Shown: positions 36,845-52,700 of the stretch, piece after piece
How positions within the stretch are numbered: position 1 is the stretch's first letter
Layout of the letters: every line of letters begins with the position of its first letter
NCBI GenBank assembly: GCA_964016885.1
Contig: OZ024740.1
Location: 342,550,001-342,614,000, forward strand
DNA length: 64,000 nt
Direction of reading: 5' to 3'
Source: Eledone cirrhosa
Taxonomy: Eukaryota
Position numbers and translations under genes: made by a program
The notes under the pieces: model-generated
The model's input: the letters and a program-made list of their open reading frames with translations, nothing else
The model's database searches: none
What the model was told of the DNA's origin: nothing

Positions 36845-39800
36845 TCATCATCATCGTTTAACGTCCACCTTCCACACTTGCATGGGTTTGGACGAGAGTT
36901 TTCCCACTTGAGGCAAGAGTGGTTGTCTTGCTCGCATAGGACTGTCTGGCAGGTTTTCTACGGCTGGATGCCCTTCCTAACACCAACCACGTTTACAGTG
37001 TGGACTGGGAGGTTTTTACCGTGTTACCTACACGGCCACATTACAGCATGGACTGTGTGTTTTTTTGTCGTGACAACTACACGACCTCATTTGCTTCGGA
37101 CTGTATGTTGTGGTACCATCATAACTTTACATTGAAAGGGGTGGTGTGGATGGAGTGGGGGTAGTGGGAAGGGGGTGTATTTTATTAGAAGTACCTACTA
37201 AGTAGGTTTCACTTTGTATTTAGGTAAGGCAGGTCTTCTGTATTACTGTGTAGTGCCAAAGATCTTGGTCCAGTGACATTGTCTTGGAGAGGTGTAAGTG
37301 TGTGAGGTCGGAATTTATCAAGTCGTCCCAGGTTTTTCTGAGTCTGCCTACTCCATGGCTACCGTCTATTTGTATTGCCCTGCACTTTTTTATGCAACTG
37401 TTGTCTTTCTTGCGCATCACGTGACCATACCAACGTAGTCTTCTCTCGAGTAAACAACATCTGATCCTTCTTATTTCTAATTTTTCCCTTAGTTCGTTAA
37501 TGCTTTGCCGTTCACGTATATTACTATTACACATCCAGCGGAGCATGCAAGCTTCATTCCTCTCCAGTCTGCGTATATCCTCTGCACACAATGCCCAGGT
37601 CTCACTGCTATGTAACATTGCTGTTCGTATGCAGGCATCATACAGCCTGCTTTTCATTTTTAGGGAGAACCCTTTAGTGGCTAATAGTGGTATAAGCTCT
37701 CTGAACTTTTTCCATCCAGTTCTGACTCTAGCTACTGTACTTTCAGAGCACCCTCCAACACTGCTGATTTTGTTACCCAGGTAACGGAAGCTGTCCACTA
37801 TTTCTATAGAACCATCTGTGCAATGGAATGAGCTAATATTCTGTGAGCACTTGCTGCTACTTATTGCACCAGAGCACCGGCCACATATAAAATCTATGTT
37901 CTTAGTTAGCTTACCTGTGATCCCACTACATCTTTTATGCACCCATACTTTGTATTTGGGACATAAAATGGAGTTTCTACCTACTCCTTTCCTACACACT
38001 GAGCATGGCCATTTCCAGGATGGGACCGGTGCCCTATTTTCCTTCCTACAAACTAGAACTTTAGTCTTAGACAGGTTAATTTTAAGGCCTTTTGATTCTA
38101 GGCATGCTTCCATGTTTGGAATTTCCTCTCTAGTTCGGCCATTGATTCAGCTGTGAGCGTTAGATCATCTGCGTATAGGAGTTCCCATGGGCAGCCGGTC
38201 TTGAACTCCACTGTTATAGCCTGAAGGGCAATAATAAATAGTAGGGGGCTAAGAACGGAGCTCTGATGAACACCAACTTTTACGCTAAACTCTTCACTAT
38301 ATTCGTTGTTAATTCTAACCTTGCTGACTGTTTCTTTATACATGGCTTGTATAGCTCTCACAAGCCATTCATCAACACCTAGTTTTCTAAGAGCCCACCA
38401 GATAATGGAACGGGGGACTCTCACAAAGGCTTTCTCCAAGTCGACAAAAGCTAAGTATAGGGGTTTACTTTTAGCTAGGTACTGTAGTTGTCGTACAATG
38501 AAAAGAGCGTCTGTGGTACTTTTACCTGACACAAACCCGAACTGCATTTCATCTAGATCAATTCTCTCTCTAATTAGTTGCGCTATTACTTTTTCTGTGA
38601 CCTTCATGACCTAGTCGATTAATTTAATGCCTCTATAGTTACTCCTATCTAGGGCATCTCCTTTACCCTTGTAGCAGTTAATGATGATGCTGCTACGCCA
38701 GTCCTTCGGAACAACCCCATTCTGTATGACTTGGTTTACTATCCGGGTGACCATGGTGTGTCCCACCGTTCCAGAAGCTTTCAGCATTTCAGCAACTATT
38801 TCCGAAGGCCCAGTCGCCTTACCCGTCTTCATATCTTTGATTGCCTTACTTATTATACTACCTTCGACTAACACTGCTGGTCCCTCTATTGGATCGATGT
38901 CTTTCTCCCATTTATTCCCCTCATTTAGTAGTCTTTCGTAGTGACACTGCCAAGCTACCTGCTTATCAGTGTCAGTGATGGCAAGTACACCATCATCATT
39001 AAGGACACACTTCTCCCCGACAATTTCACGGTTTTCCTTGACACATTGCCTAGCAATCCTGAACACCTCACGTTTTTGGTCCTCGCGTTGTAGAACATGC
39101 TTGAACTTTCTTTCCTCAGCTTCCCTTCTTGCGAAGTACACTTGTCTCCTAGCTTCCCTCCTGGCCACTTGATAGTCTTCTCTATTTCCCCCATCCCGCC
39201 ATACTTTCCAAGCCTGCTTTTTGGCCTTAATTGACTCCTCCACCACATTACTCTCCTCCTGCCTATAGGCCTGCTCCAGCCACAGACTTCGTCTGCCGCC
39301 ATCAGGAGGTTTGCTTTCAGGAATTCCCACTGTTCCTCTATATTGTACGACTCTAAATGCTCTTCCTTACTGTCGAAAGCATCAAGTAATATGCTTTTAA
39401 ATTTATTACTGGCTGTGGGGTCCTTCAGCTTCCATATTTTTCTCCTGAGGATAGTCCTCTTCTGTTGTTGAGTACGTCTCGTCCTGACTATGAGGTCGCT
39501 AATTATCAGTCTTTGTTGGGAGGTGCATTCTTCATGGGGAAGGGATTTAGTGTTTACAACAGACACTCTGTCACGTCTTCTGGTAAGGATATAATCTACC
39601 TGGCTGGTATGTTCCCCTGATCTGTAGGTGATCAAGTGATTGTCTCGTTTTTTGAAGTTAGTGTTACAGATAGTTAGGTTATTTGCGTCACAGAATTCCA
39701 GGATTCTGGAGCCTTCCTCATTTCTAGTACCAAACCCATAACCTCCGTGGTTCCGTCATAACCGTCACAATGTTGTCCAACGTGATCATTTAGGTCGCCA

Positions 39801-40165
39801 GCAATAATTATATAGTCACTGTCGGTTATTTGGGAGGTAGTGAGCATCAGTGTCTCATAGAATCTGTCTTTTATAGCGCCAGGCAGTCTGGATTGGGGTG
39901 CGTAAGCAGATATTACTGTCACAGTAGTTCTATTTAGAACAAGTCTTATTTTAATTATTCTGTCATTCACTCTATTTACGTCTATTATCTTATCCACCCA
40001 TTTTTCTGCTAACATGATTCCTACCCCACCCAGCCCATTGTCATTTCCCACCCAGAAAAGCTTATAGCATCGTTTTTTACCCACAATGAATCTAGCAGAC
40101 CCGCCCCTCCACCTGGTCTCTTGGATACAGCAAACATTAACCTCCTTACGTTCAAGCATTTCTAA
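36845..40165 (-). mobile_element. Near full-length RTE-clade LINE (APE endonuclease, RT, PHD-like finger), frameshifted
   Basis: CCIQETRW, SAYAPQ, IAGDLN and SQVDYIL (APE). DLEKAF and ELLYADD (RT). (GAT)n tail inserted next to (TA)n. Several frameshifts and stops. Confidence 0.93.
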
Positions 40166-40692
40166 TAACAGACATAAATTGAAGTTGTAGCTGCAGTGTA
40201 GCAGATACCAATCAAATTGTTTGAGGCAGTCACAAAGCACTCGATGGTGTGAAAAGTTAATATGTTTTCATCCAGAGTAAACACAAAAAGTTAATTAAGT
40301 GTGAGACCAATAATACCACAAAATATATATAGTTCATAGAAATATATATATATATAATTCATAGAAAATATAGATCATACATAGTTAATAAAAAATATAG
40401 ACCATATGTCACAGACAATGTAGTAGATAATTGCAATTTGTAAGATAGCGCTGAATTATTTCCATTAGAACATTAAGACCATCATTCCATACTTAATAGC
40501 TTCAAATTGAATAAAGAGATCAAATTTCTTTTTGCAGATTGACAGCAATGAGCTTATCAATGCAGAACTAATATTGCAGAGATTATTTTAACAATTTATT
40601 GTTTGTACATACAGTCAGGATAAAAGATAAAATAACTGAAAAAGCTGAAAGAGTAATTTTTCGAAGGGTTTTATCATATTTGGCTAACATCA

Positions 40693-40798
40693 TTAAAGTG
40701 ACAGGATGATCCAATTGGATGAAATCACTAAGATAAGAAGTAGGAGAGATATTTCTACATGTGATCCAGCTGCTATACGGCACTGTAAAAGATCTAAT
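40693..40798 (-). CDS. Gene 2 terminal exon: GPI-signal-like C-terminus
   Basis: tttcag|A. RLDLLQCRIAAGSHVEISLLLLILVISSNWIILSL*. Phase 2 matches the upstream donor. Confidence 0.75.
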
Positions 40799-43700
40799 CT
40801 GAAATAAAAACAATAATTTTGACTATTTATATCCATACTGAATTTTTACAAAACATTAAAAGGGGAAGTTTATATACATTTCATTCACAATTTTAAACAC
40901 TGTCTATATAGGAATGTAACCCTTTAGCATTTAAACTGGCCATATCCAGTCAGAATTCTCTCACCTCTCTGTTCAAACCAGCTACAACTGACTGCTTATA
41001 CTGATATTAAGGTATTGTTCTAACCCATGCTAGCGTGGAAGATAGACGTTAAACAATGATGATGATGATGATGTTCTCAAAATAAACAATATAAAAATCT
41101 CATAGATTCGGAATTATGTAAGCCTTTATCAGGAAAATATAATAGTAAATATAGAGTAATGTAAATGCTAAAGGGCTAAATTCAACATGATTCTTTATAA
41201 TTAACAAATATCAGTCTAAAATATGATAAGGTTGCAAAGTTATAAAACTGTTTAATTAACTATGACTCAATCAATCCCAGTTCTCAGGCCTTTATGTAGT
41301 TCTCTGGGCCATACCAGAGTTTATGACAGACAAAGATTTTCCAAATATAGAAGCAAGGTCTAGAACCCTGAGGTCTAAAAGTAAACGTAGTAGAGTCAGT
41401 AAGAAAGACTTATAAAACTCTACTGTAATCTGGAAAATGGCAGAGGCTCAATATACATAAAAATTATTGGTGTGGACTTTACACTTTGTACCCAATGTAA
41501 ACTATGAGTACCTTAAGAAGGTGCATGTGTGTGTGTGGGGTGGGGGTCACAGTCAAGCTGGCAAAGAAGAAAGACTATGTAGCAGATACTCAAATGTATT
41601 TAGTAATAAGAGCAACAACAACTGCAACAGCAACAACAGCAATAGAACCCATCAATAGTTGTCTGGAATATTACTTTGGTTATCAATGTATGTATGTCTA
41701 ACAACATAGAAGCATTAATTTACCACTTACTACATATTGACAGCAAATTAACAGTGTTGTTTGACTGTAATATAAAATATCTTGCAGTATTTGTTCTGGC
41801 TATCTGTGCTTCAAGCTCAAATCCTGCTGAGGTCAACATTGCCTTTCATCCAAAGTAGTATTCCTAATCTGTCAATTAGTTTAACATCACAGGTTAGCTC
41901 TTGGGCACTTTTAGCAGACTCTACTCTGTTGCAAGCATTTATACCAGGTCTCCAGTTTGAGGATACCTCATTCTTTTCCACCAGTCTCAAAGGCATTGAA
42001 AGGCCCTTCCCTCTCTGACTAAATAGTTAAAAAGAAAAATCATGCAAGATATTTTATTTATAACTTACCTGTTAGGTTCACCTTGCTTTTTCTTTAACCA
42101 TTCTAATTCCAGACTGACACCTTCAAACCAAGATTGTTCATCTTCAAAGGGATATTCATAACCTTGTTTACACTTACAGGCATAATTACCAAGACTGAAC
42201 CCAAACCCTCTCAGTGGGGAACACTGTAAGGGGAAGAAATATTACAAGCATTTCTTATCTAATGACAGTCAACTATAACACTTATCTCATAATGTCAGAC
42301 ATTGTACAACATATTTTGGTGTATATGTGGTAGTGTGCATTAAGAAATCTAATTAGCAGATACAGTAAGGCAGTGACTCCCAACATGGGGTCTGTGGACT
42401 TTCGCAGGGTCTGCAAAAGGAAGTATTGAGAATCAGTTAGCTTCCTGAGTTGACAGACCTTTCATGGGAAAATCCACTTAAATAAACAGTGTCCTTGGTT
42501 GTGAAAAAGTTGAGAATCATTGCATTAAAGCATCAGATAAAATGTCTTGTGGTCTTTATACTCTTACATTCCAAGCTCAAACCTTGCCAAAGTCAATTTT
42601 AGTTTTCATCCTTCCAGAGACAATAAATATAGGAACAGTTTGTAGTGGTGGAGTAATGGAATCATTAGTACATTGAACAGGGTTTTTTGTGGCATTTTGT
42701 CTGGCTCATTGTATCCTGAGTTCAAATACTGTTGGGTTCTATTTGAGTAGTAAACTTAATTTTTCAGCAAGTTTACCACCAATACATGGCTCTTGGGTGC
42801 TTTTAGGGGAGTCCTCTTGGCTGCAAACATTTGGGTCAGATCTCCAGTTTGAAGATACCTTCCCCCTCCTCCTCTCTCTCCCACTAGTCATAAAAGCCCT
42901 GCAAAGGATCATAGGTGCTGCTCTTCCTCTTGACTCAGCAATGCTCATGTCTAAATATATAGTACATAAAGTTAATAGATGTTTAAAATAACCACTTTCT
43001 ATGTAATGGCCATTTTACTTACATATTCTTTGTTTGGAATTAAGATCTGTTTAAGAAATATGTTGGCTTCTTTTAGTTAATACCAGCAGAATGGCCTGGC
43101 GTTGCTCAGGATTCTAAACATAGATTGGCATGTTTATCCTTCCTTTCTGAAACAGTACAGAAGAGAAGTACGGAATACCTCGGCCTGGGGATGGTGCTTA
43201 TAAAAGATATTTGTCGTAGATTACCAGGGGTTTAACTTAATTGGGTGCCTGAGAGTAAAATATTCAACCCACGAAAGTCAAGACGATAGGGTTAAGTAAA
43301 AAGGCATTCGCCAAACCGAACATGTATTTGTTATGCTATGGTACAATGAAAGCAATAGTTACAGAGCAGTAAGGATGTGGGACTGAAGTGGTGGAGAGCA
43401 TGAAGGAATTTAGTTGGATACTTTTAAGGTTACAGGCCCTAATGCAACCAAAATGCTAAACAGTGCGGTCCCCGGGCCAAAATTTGAAATCTTTTTCAGT
43501 CAAGAAAATTTGTGAAACATGAGTAATGCATATGCAAAGTTTTTAAAAAATCGGTTGGGTACTTCTCGAGTTACAGGCCCTAATGCAACCAAAATGCTTT
43601 AAAAAATCGTTTTTTCGCCTAATGCTGTCCCTGGGGCAAAAAATGAGAAAATCTTTTTTGCTTAAGACACTTTAAACGACATAAGTAATGCAAAATTTGG

Positions 43701-46700
43701 AGAAATCACCTGGATATTGTTCCGTTATGCCTAAAAAAAAGCCTTTAAAGCCTAAAATATGTGGTTTTTTCGCCTAATGCGGTCCCTAGGGCATAGAAAA
43801 TTTGAAATATTTTTTGCTCAAAACACTCACACGACCATTAGTATTACATGTGTAAAGTTTGAAAAAAATCGGTTGGGTGGTTCTTGAGTTTTAGGGAAAC
43901 AGACAGACAGACAGACATTCTCTGTTTTAGATATATCGATGTATAAAATTACTTTCACTAGATCCCAATCATTACCTTTTGAAATTCTCATTGTGCCAAC
44001 ACTAATTCTCCCCCTCCTACATATTTTGAGAAAAACCTTGATTCTCTCTCTTGGCTACTACCCAATCTTAGAAGTCCCCTCTCTAGCTTTATAAAGTTCA
44101 CAAATATGTGTTTATGTATGTGTTTGTATGCATATGAACGTTTATTTTATATCAAATATATATATTTTCTGTATGTGCATGAGTGAGTATGTATACATGT
44201 ACCTGTTTATATTAGTTGGCATATGCATATATGGTATGGGCCTGCATTCTGCACTTGAGTAAGTACATATCCTTACAAATGTTTGATGTTTGGCTGTGTC
44301 TTCATACTTGTGTATACATGTATATATATATATATATATATAAATATATATAATATAAAAAACTGCCCGCCAGTACAACCCTTGTAACACAAAAAGTAAA
44401 TGTAGTGAGTGACTGGAAGCTACCGCAGGGGTGACCAAATGGAGACAGTAAATGGTTTAAGAGCTCCCGTCAATCTGGGTGAACATGTAGCAACCTCTCT
44501 AGTGTTTGTGCAATGATAAATTTCACCCAGTACACCTTATAATGTGGCAGTGCATGAAAAACGTACCTATGACTTATCATCCACCCTACCCTACATCATA
44601 TCCACCACATCATAAGGTAGAAAGGGCCCTTCACTTGAATTTGACCTACATACTCCCTAGTGCTAGTACCACAATAAAACACACCTAGTACGCTGTGTAA
44701 GATAGCTGGTGATAGGAAGAACACCCAGTTGAAGAAACCATGTCAAACAAAGAGTAGAGAGGACTTTTCAGTTGTGTCAAGAGTATGATGACCTCTCTAG
44801 TGCTAGTGCCATGATAAAATGCACAATGCACTCTGTAGAGTGCTAGCATATATGAAAACGAGCTGAGGTCCTGGCCCATCTGAGAGATGAGTTGTTCTGA
44901 TTAAGTACTGACTTGGTCTTTGATGACCTCACCCATCCTTTGCTAGTATAATGATATCTTAAAGGCTTAAAGCATTTAGCTAAATAGTAGCAATCTTTAG
45001 AATAAATTGTACAGTGTATTGTTTATAATAGACAAAAGAGTAAAGTAAACAACCTAAAGTCTGTAAAATGTATAGCTGTATAATTTTCTTTGTAGAAGAC
45101 TTACCTTTGTAGAAGCTGGACATAAAGCTGTGTTCTTAAAAGCATTGGCAGTGTAGAATGGCTTTTGGCATTGATTAATGTCCAAGAACTTCAGATCAAT
45201 ATCAACTAGAACAAGACCTCTAGAAATACAAGAAAGAATGAATAAGATGTGCCTATCATTATGACTGTAAATAACATAACGTGTCATCATATTGTTGTTT
45301 TTATGTCTGTTTTTTTCATGATAACATGTAAAGTGGTTGTGTAGATATCACAACAAAAAGGACCCAGTACACACTGTAAATTGGGTTGGCGTTATGAAGG
45401 GCACCCTACCATAGAAACAAAGCCCAAATCAGTTTTGTATGAGCAAAACATGGTCATCTGATCTGGCATGTTTCACAATGGGACAACTTGTCTAACCCAT
45501 ACTAGCATGGAAAAATGGATGTAAAACGATAGAAAGAAGATATATATTGTGTGGGTACACACATGATGGGCTTCGTGCAGTTTCTGTATACCAATTTACT
45601 CAAGGACATTTGCTCAAGGTATCATGCAACGGGATAGATCCTGAAGCTATGGTGCTGTGAAGATATAATATATTTGGGAAAATGGATCTATTGATTGTGC
45701 CTGGTTCTTTAACCAACTACCAACTTTGGCTATAACATTGCTGGATTATGGCAGAGTTAGGGATACACAACAACTCCAAATAACCATTTCTCAATTCTTC
45801 TTTTCTGCTTGTCTAATTGTGTCCTCATTACCTTCTTTCTTCCTTCCTTCTCCCACTTCTGATTCTTTCTCCCACTTCAGATTCATTTTACTCTTCCTTC
45901 TCCTCCCATTATTCTGTTTAGTGACCTTCAACACTCCTACATCCTCTGTGTCAGGCCACCTAAACTGCCCTATATTCTCTGTTAAGTTTACAGTTTTCTT
46001 ATTCAGATCTGCCCCCCTCCTCCCCATAAAAATAATACTGTCTTAGTTTCTAAGATTTATTTCAATATTTCTATATTGTTAAGGAATTATTCATACAGTT
46101 TGGAAACTCTTTCTATTGTTAACTACTTAGCTATGTAGTGAGAGTGGAGCCTGCTGCCAATCAAACAGACTGGAACAGGCAGAGTTATGTATGTATGGTC
46201 CCATAACTCCTGATACAGTCATAGAGGCACCGTATATACATACAGGATTTCTCAGGCATTTTAAGCCCCTGCTGGAGCCCATCCGTCTCCAGGCCTGAGT
46301 ACAGCAGATTTCTTCCAGGGAAAGATAGAAAGTGAGAGAGAGGAAATGAGAAATAGATATAGAGGAAGAATCCACCCCAGTACTAGACTGGTACTTTTTT
46401 TATCGACCTCAACAGGATGAAAGGCAAAGTTGACCTCGGCTGGATTTGAACTCAGAGAGCAGAGAGCTGGAATGAATACCATAAAGCATTCTATCCAACT
46501 TTCTAATGACTCTACCAATTCTCCGCTTCTAAGCAGAGTTATATGTTTTGTCAGAGGTCTAGCATAATAGGTGTATTGCTGGCAATGAAAGGTTTCTTTC
46601 TCTGATTGAATACTGTGAATATGCAAAGGTTTCGAAAAAATGAAGTGAGTATGCTCCACTAGATGTGTGCATAAAAGAAAAGACACATTTGAGCTGAGGG

Positions 46701-49700
46701 GGAAAACTAGGCATAAAATAAATCAAATGTAGAGTGCCAGAGAGGAGAATGCATTGGGACAGACATGTGATGCATGTGGATGATGATCATTGGGTAAAAA
46801 AATGGAAGAAAGATATGGTAGAGATAGGCCAAGGGAGACTTTGGGTGAAGTGGTGAATGTAGATTTCAGGATGCTGTATTTCACAAAGAAGATGGCAAAG
46901 AAAAGAAGAAACAATTGGAGAGATGCTGTGCTGGAAAGAATTTGTCTAACTCATGTAAACATGATAACATATATTTAGAAATAATGATGGCGAGGATGAA
47001 GATTATGATGATGGTGATGGTGGTGGTGGTGATGATGATGATGGTGGTGGTGGTGGTGGTAATGATGATGGTGGTGGTGGTGGTGGTGGTGGTGGTGGTA
47101 ATGATGATGGTGGTGGTAGTGATGATGATGATGATGACGACGATGACGACGATGATGAAGATGATGATGATTATGATGATGGTGGTGGTGGTGATGATGA
47201 TAATGTTGATGATGATGACAACAATGACGACAATGACGATGACGATGACAATGACGAAGATGATGATGATTATGATGATGGTGGTGATTATGATGATGGT
47301 GATGATGATGATGGTGGTGGTGGTGGTGGTGGTGATGATAATGTTGATGATGACGGCGACAACGATGACAATGATGACAATGATGATGATGATGATGACG
47401 ATGACGAAGATGATGATGATGCTAAGGCTGTTGATGATGATGGTGATTATGATGATGATGATGAAGTGTTGAACACATTACAATGGTCATGAGAGGTTTT
47501 AAAATGTGTCGGATGAATGTAAATTATTGTTGATGTTAAGAATATCAGGACTAAAGAAATACAAATAGATAAATCTGAAGAAAAAACAAGAAAAAAAACA
47601 AATGCTGACTTACATAAACTTTACAGTGAGGGAGGAATCATGACTAAAAAATGGAACAGTATAGGTAATGACCCATTTGTCAATTCTTCCATCACAACGG
47701 TAAGTTGGTCCACTCCATCGACCAGACTTGAAAGTAGGTGCCTTGTATGGCATATCACTGTATTTAAAACGTGTTCTTCCTGTTCCATTAATATTAGACC
47801 GTACAAATGCTTTAATATGGAATTTTTTCAATGCCTTTGTGTTTGATTTAAAACGTTCTTTTTCTGCCATGAACCATGGTGTATGTAAATAACTTTCTTT
47901 CAATCCTGCAGCATCTATTGCCCACCAACCATCATCCTTTCTGTAAGCCCAAGGTCCAAACAATGACTTTTGTTTCCCATTAGCTCCAATAAATTGGTAA
48001 CTGTCAAAAAACACTGCAGAAGAAAGTATTTTGTGATCTGACATAACGTTAGCTAAAACCTCAGCAAATACATGGTCTTCCTGAAGTTGCTGTCCTCCAT
48101 TCATGGTTCCAAAATTTACACCAACTTCATTGTTTTGTAAAAAACTGCTAAGAAAATGTGCCAGACGCAGAGCTGTTCTGGCTTGTGGTTCAAATTGTGA
48201 TTCAGCTCCATATATCACAGATCCAGATAATGACAGGCCTGATGGAGGTTCTTTATGACAGTTTGTTTTGTTCATATCACCAATTTGTTTCATAAGAGTT
48301 GTCACCTTAATAGCAAGCTTCTCATCATAAGCATTTCGACGCTGGCGAGATGTCCTATGTTTAATATTTCTTTTGATGTTTAATGTTCTCTCATGTTGCA
48401 TATATAATGTTAGACTTCTATGTTTCTCCAATTGTTGTACTTTACGATCTGAAATATAAAATGTTAAGCACAGTTTTGTAAATAAATATATTATCTCTAC
48501 ATACAGCTTACATTAGCTGACAATGTGAAAATGTTCTGGATGTATGGCTGTTAAATAGAGAACTAGCTCTTTGACATCCATAACCAATATGAACTGGATT
48601 ACACAATTTGAGTGTTGAAGACACCAAACAGTGTCTCAAGCACTCTAATTTATTATTCTTTTACAGGTTTTAGTCATTGGATTGCAACCATGGTCTATGT
48701 CAGAGGTTCTCAAACTATCGGGGCCACTACCCCCCCCTCAACGCCACGTAATACCCTCAGTGCCACCACCCCTATTTCTAGAGAGACCTGCCTACATGGA
48801 AATTATAAATAACATATAATAAATAAAATTGTTATCATCATCATCATCGTTTAACGTCTACTTTCCACACTATCATAAGTTAGACGAGTTTGCCGCTAAT
48901 AAATAATATAATATATAATATGTATAAATAGATATTATACATTTTTTATTTTACTATATTTATATATAATATGCATCATTTGATATTTGATATACTATTA
49001 TGTCATCTGTACCACAACCCCATCACCTGCTTAGGCCATTGCACCCCACCCCCCTGGACCTTCTCGACGCACCCCCCCCAGGGGTGGTAGCGCCCACTTT
49101 GAGAACCTCTGGTCTAGGTTTATATAGAGTAAAATTAGGGTTAAGCAATAACATCATCAGCATTTAGGCAATTCATTTAAAGGTCCCTGTGATGCTAATG
49201 AAGTTACATGCTACATTTGAATGATGTAGAGGCACTCTATATCCCATAATACCACAAACAACATCATCCTTATCTCATGTTAACTTATGAGAAACATCAC
49301 CTCTATTTTTTATATCATGCATTTTGTAAACAATAGTATCATTAGTTATAGGTTTTCAAAGGCTCAATGACTTTTAAAAAGTCTTTCTCAAGCCATGAGA
49401 CTTATCAGGCTGGATCCCAGTTCCATGAGGTGTTAAGCAACTGAAAATACAAGACACCCACTGGGATGGGATGTCAATTGATTGCAAGAGTCAATCACTG
49501 GTTCACTGCATTTACAATGGTGAGAGTCTCAAGGGAGTGTCTTGGATAAGATAAATACCTTAAGGTATTTTTATTCAGCACACTATTTTTCTTGCTGGTG
49601 TGAATAGCTTTTTACAACACACACACAGACTCTCTCACATTCACACACTCACACACAGACACACACACATGCTCACTCACACACATGTGCACTCACACAC

Positions 49701-52700
49701 AAACACACAACACACTCACCTACACATAAGTACTACTTACGTTGAATGGGAGTACATGTGAAACCATTCTTATATTCCTCCTCAGTAGCTTGTTCTATAT
49801 TAGTTCCATGGAATGGTGGTTTAATATAGGATGGATATTTATAGCCTCGATTGCAGACACACTTGTAACCTCCTCGCTTAAACCCGAAGCCTGGTACATG
49901 TTTACACTGAAAAATTAGAATATTTAATAGCTGTTAGGATATACACAACTGCATTGGCTGTCAGCTGTTGAGACACTGCATCCTACAAAACTTCCATGCT
50001 TCCCGAAATTCGTCAACACTACACCTGATATTGCCCCTCCATACACATGTACACATGTGTGTGTGTCTGTGTGTATATCATGACTCATACGCTGTTCACT
50101 TTCCTGACATTTGTACATTATTCTATGTACTATATATGTACCTTTGATGAGTTGTAGTGCACCTGAGCATTGTACACAATAATTTTCTTTATTATTATTA
50201 TATATATAACCTGCTGAGGTTAACTTTGACTTTCATCCTTACGGGGTAGATAAAATAAAGCACCAGTAATACACTGGTATAATTGCTGGCATTGTGCCAA
50301 AAGTAGAAACAATTATTATTATACCTAACAGGTATCTTTACAGTTTCCATCAACTAAATTCACTTGCAAAGCACTGATCCCTTCAAGGGTAGGTATAGAA
50401 AAATACATTTGCCCAAGGTGTCGTGAAGTGGGACTGAACCTGAAATCACAGGATTCTGAAATAAATATCTTAACTACACAACCATGCCTGTAACCATGCC
50501 TATATAAAACCATATTTAAAAAGATAGCGTGTTAGTTTTTTGACATGGGAAGACTGGTGTATTTAGGTAGAGTAGTGAGATTTGAGATATAATTTAGTCA
50601 TGTAAACCCTCATTATATGATATGCCCTGAACATAGTAGTGTATTTTAACCCTTTAGCATTTACATTACTCTATATTTACTGTTATATTTTCACGGTAAA
50701 GGCTTTATTTCACATAATATCAAATCTATGAGATTTTGATATTATTTATTTATTTTGAGAACAATACATTAACATCAGTATGAGTGGCCGGTTACAGTCA
50801 GTTTGAGCAGAAAGAGGTGAAAGAATTCTGGCCGGATACAGCGGATTTGAATGTTAAAGGGTTAAATACATGAGGGTCAGCTGAAAAGTTCATAGGCTGA
50901 CTATAAAGGAGTGATACTAGGGCTGTGAAATCTTGCAAGCATTAATTTCAACTTTACTTATTAATAACTGCATTGTTTCTTTCCAGGGACTATGTTGAAT
51001 AATAAACCTCATTTGGTCATTCGATGAGAGTATCTTGGTCAGCCTATGAACTTTTCAGCCAACCCTCATTATGTGTAATGAAAATCATGAAGACACATGG
51101 TTTTGGGGTTAGTGTGTTTGGCTCACAATTGTAAGGATGTAAGTTCAATTTCTAATAGCATTCAGTGTCTTTTAGCAAGACACTTTATTTCATGTTGCTC
51201 CAGTTCACTCAGCTGGAAAAAATAAATTGTACCTGTAATTCAAAGGGGCAGATATATCACATTGAATCTTCTAGAGAATTACGTTAACCCTTTAGCATTT
51301 AAAACAGCCGTATCTGGCTAGAATTCTCTCACCTTTTTCTGTTCAAACTAACCATAACCGGCCACTCATACTGATGTTAAGGTATTGTTCCCAAAATAAA
51401 TAATATCAAAATTTCGTAGATTCGATATTATGAGATAATTCTATGAAAATGCAATAGTAAATATAGAGTACTGTAAATGCTAAAGGGTTAAGAGTACATG
51501 TGTCTGTAGAATGCTCAGTCACTTGCACGTTAATTTCCTGAGTTAGGCTGTTCTACAGAACATTCATCATGAGAGCCAACAGAAAGATCCAACACATCAC
51601 ACCGTGCTCTTACCTTTGTGGTTGGTTTACACCTGTCAATTCCGGCAAGATAATTGGGAGGTGGATTTCCAATGCTTAAAGGACAGGCATTAAAGTCAAT
51701 TTTCCGGAAATAGGTATCCATGGTAATCAATGCAACTATTCTAGGGGAAAAAAATGACATAATTGTAATTCTAGTTAGAGTTGATGCAAAGGGTTGATTT
51801 CTGGTTGTGTCATTTTAGCTACACTCGGGTCCCAAATATTGGGGGGGGGGGGGTTAAGTGGGCAGTGAAATAAGTAGGTGCAGGGTTGGAAAATCAGTAA
51901 TTTTTATAGGTTGCATCCGTTGATTTTTTTTAAAAACCAGAATTAGTTATTTATTTTACATATTGAAACCCCAACTCAGCTCATCCTATTTATTTTATAA
52001 TGTATGGGACTTCTAGTAATGTACTTTTTTTTATCATGTATAATGTTTTTTAATGTATAAAGAAAATTAACAGTCGCAAGAATGCTACCACTTAAAATTT
52101 TACCAGAGATAGATTAGCAAAATTGAATAAGCGGTGTGGGGGGGGGGGGGTAAGAGCAGGGGAGTGGAAAAAGTCGGGGGGGGGGGGGGGGGGGGGGGGG
52201 GGGCGATTATTTGAGACCCGAGAGTATGTAAAAACAAATGAGGAAAAGGAAAAGAAATAAACAAAAATAAATGTAAAGTGAATTTAGCAGTTTGATATTT
52301 GTAATTGATTTTAGCGGTATGCCCAGCTAACTATTGCAGTATTTAGACAAATGCAATAATTTAGGCATACATAACAATTGTTTCTACTTTTGGCACAAGG
52401 CCAGCAATTATCCCGGTACATTACTGGTAAATTTATTTTATCGACTCCCATAAGGATGAAAGGCAAAGTTAACCTTGGTGGGATTTGAACTCAGACCGTA
52501 AAGGGTCGTAACTCTATGCTGCAAAGCATGGCGTCCAACCTTCAACTGATACTGCCAATCCACAACAATGCCGACCAAACTAGTTTCTCTGAATCCCAAT
52601 TATAGGTGTAGATACACAGTTATTATCACAATGATCTCTAACAGGCACAAAGCTACATATCACCACCATCATCATTTTCCATGCAGGCATGGATTAGATG

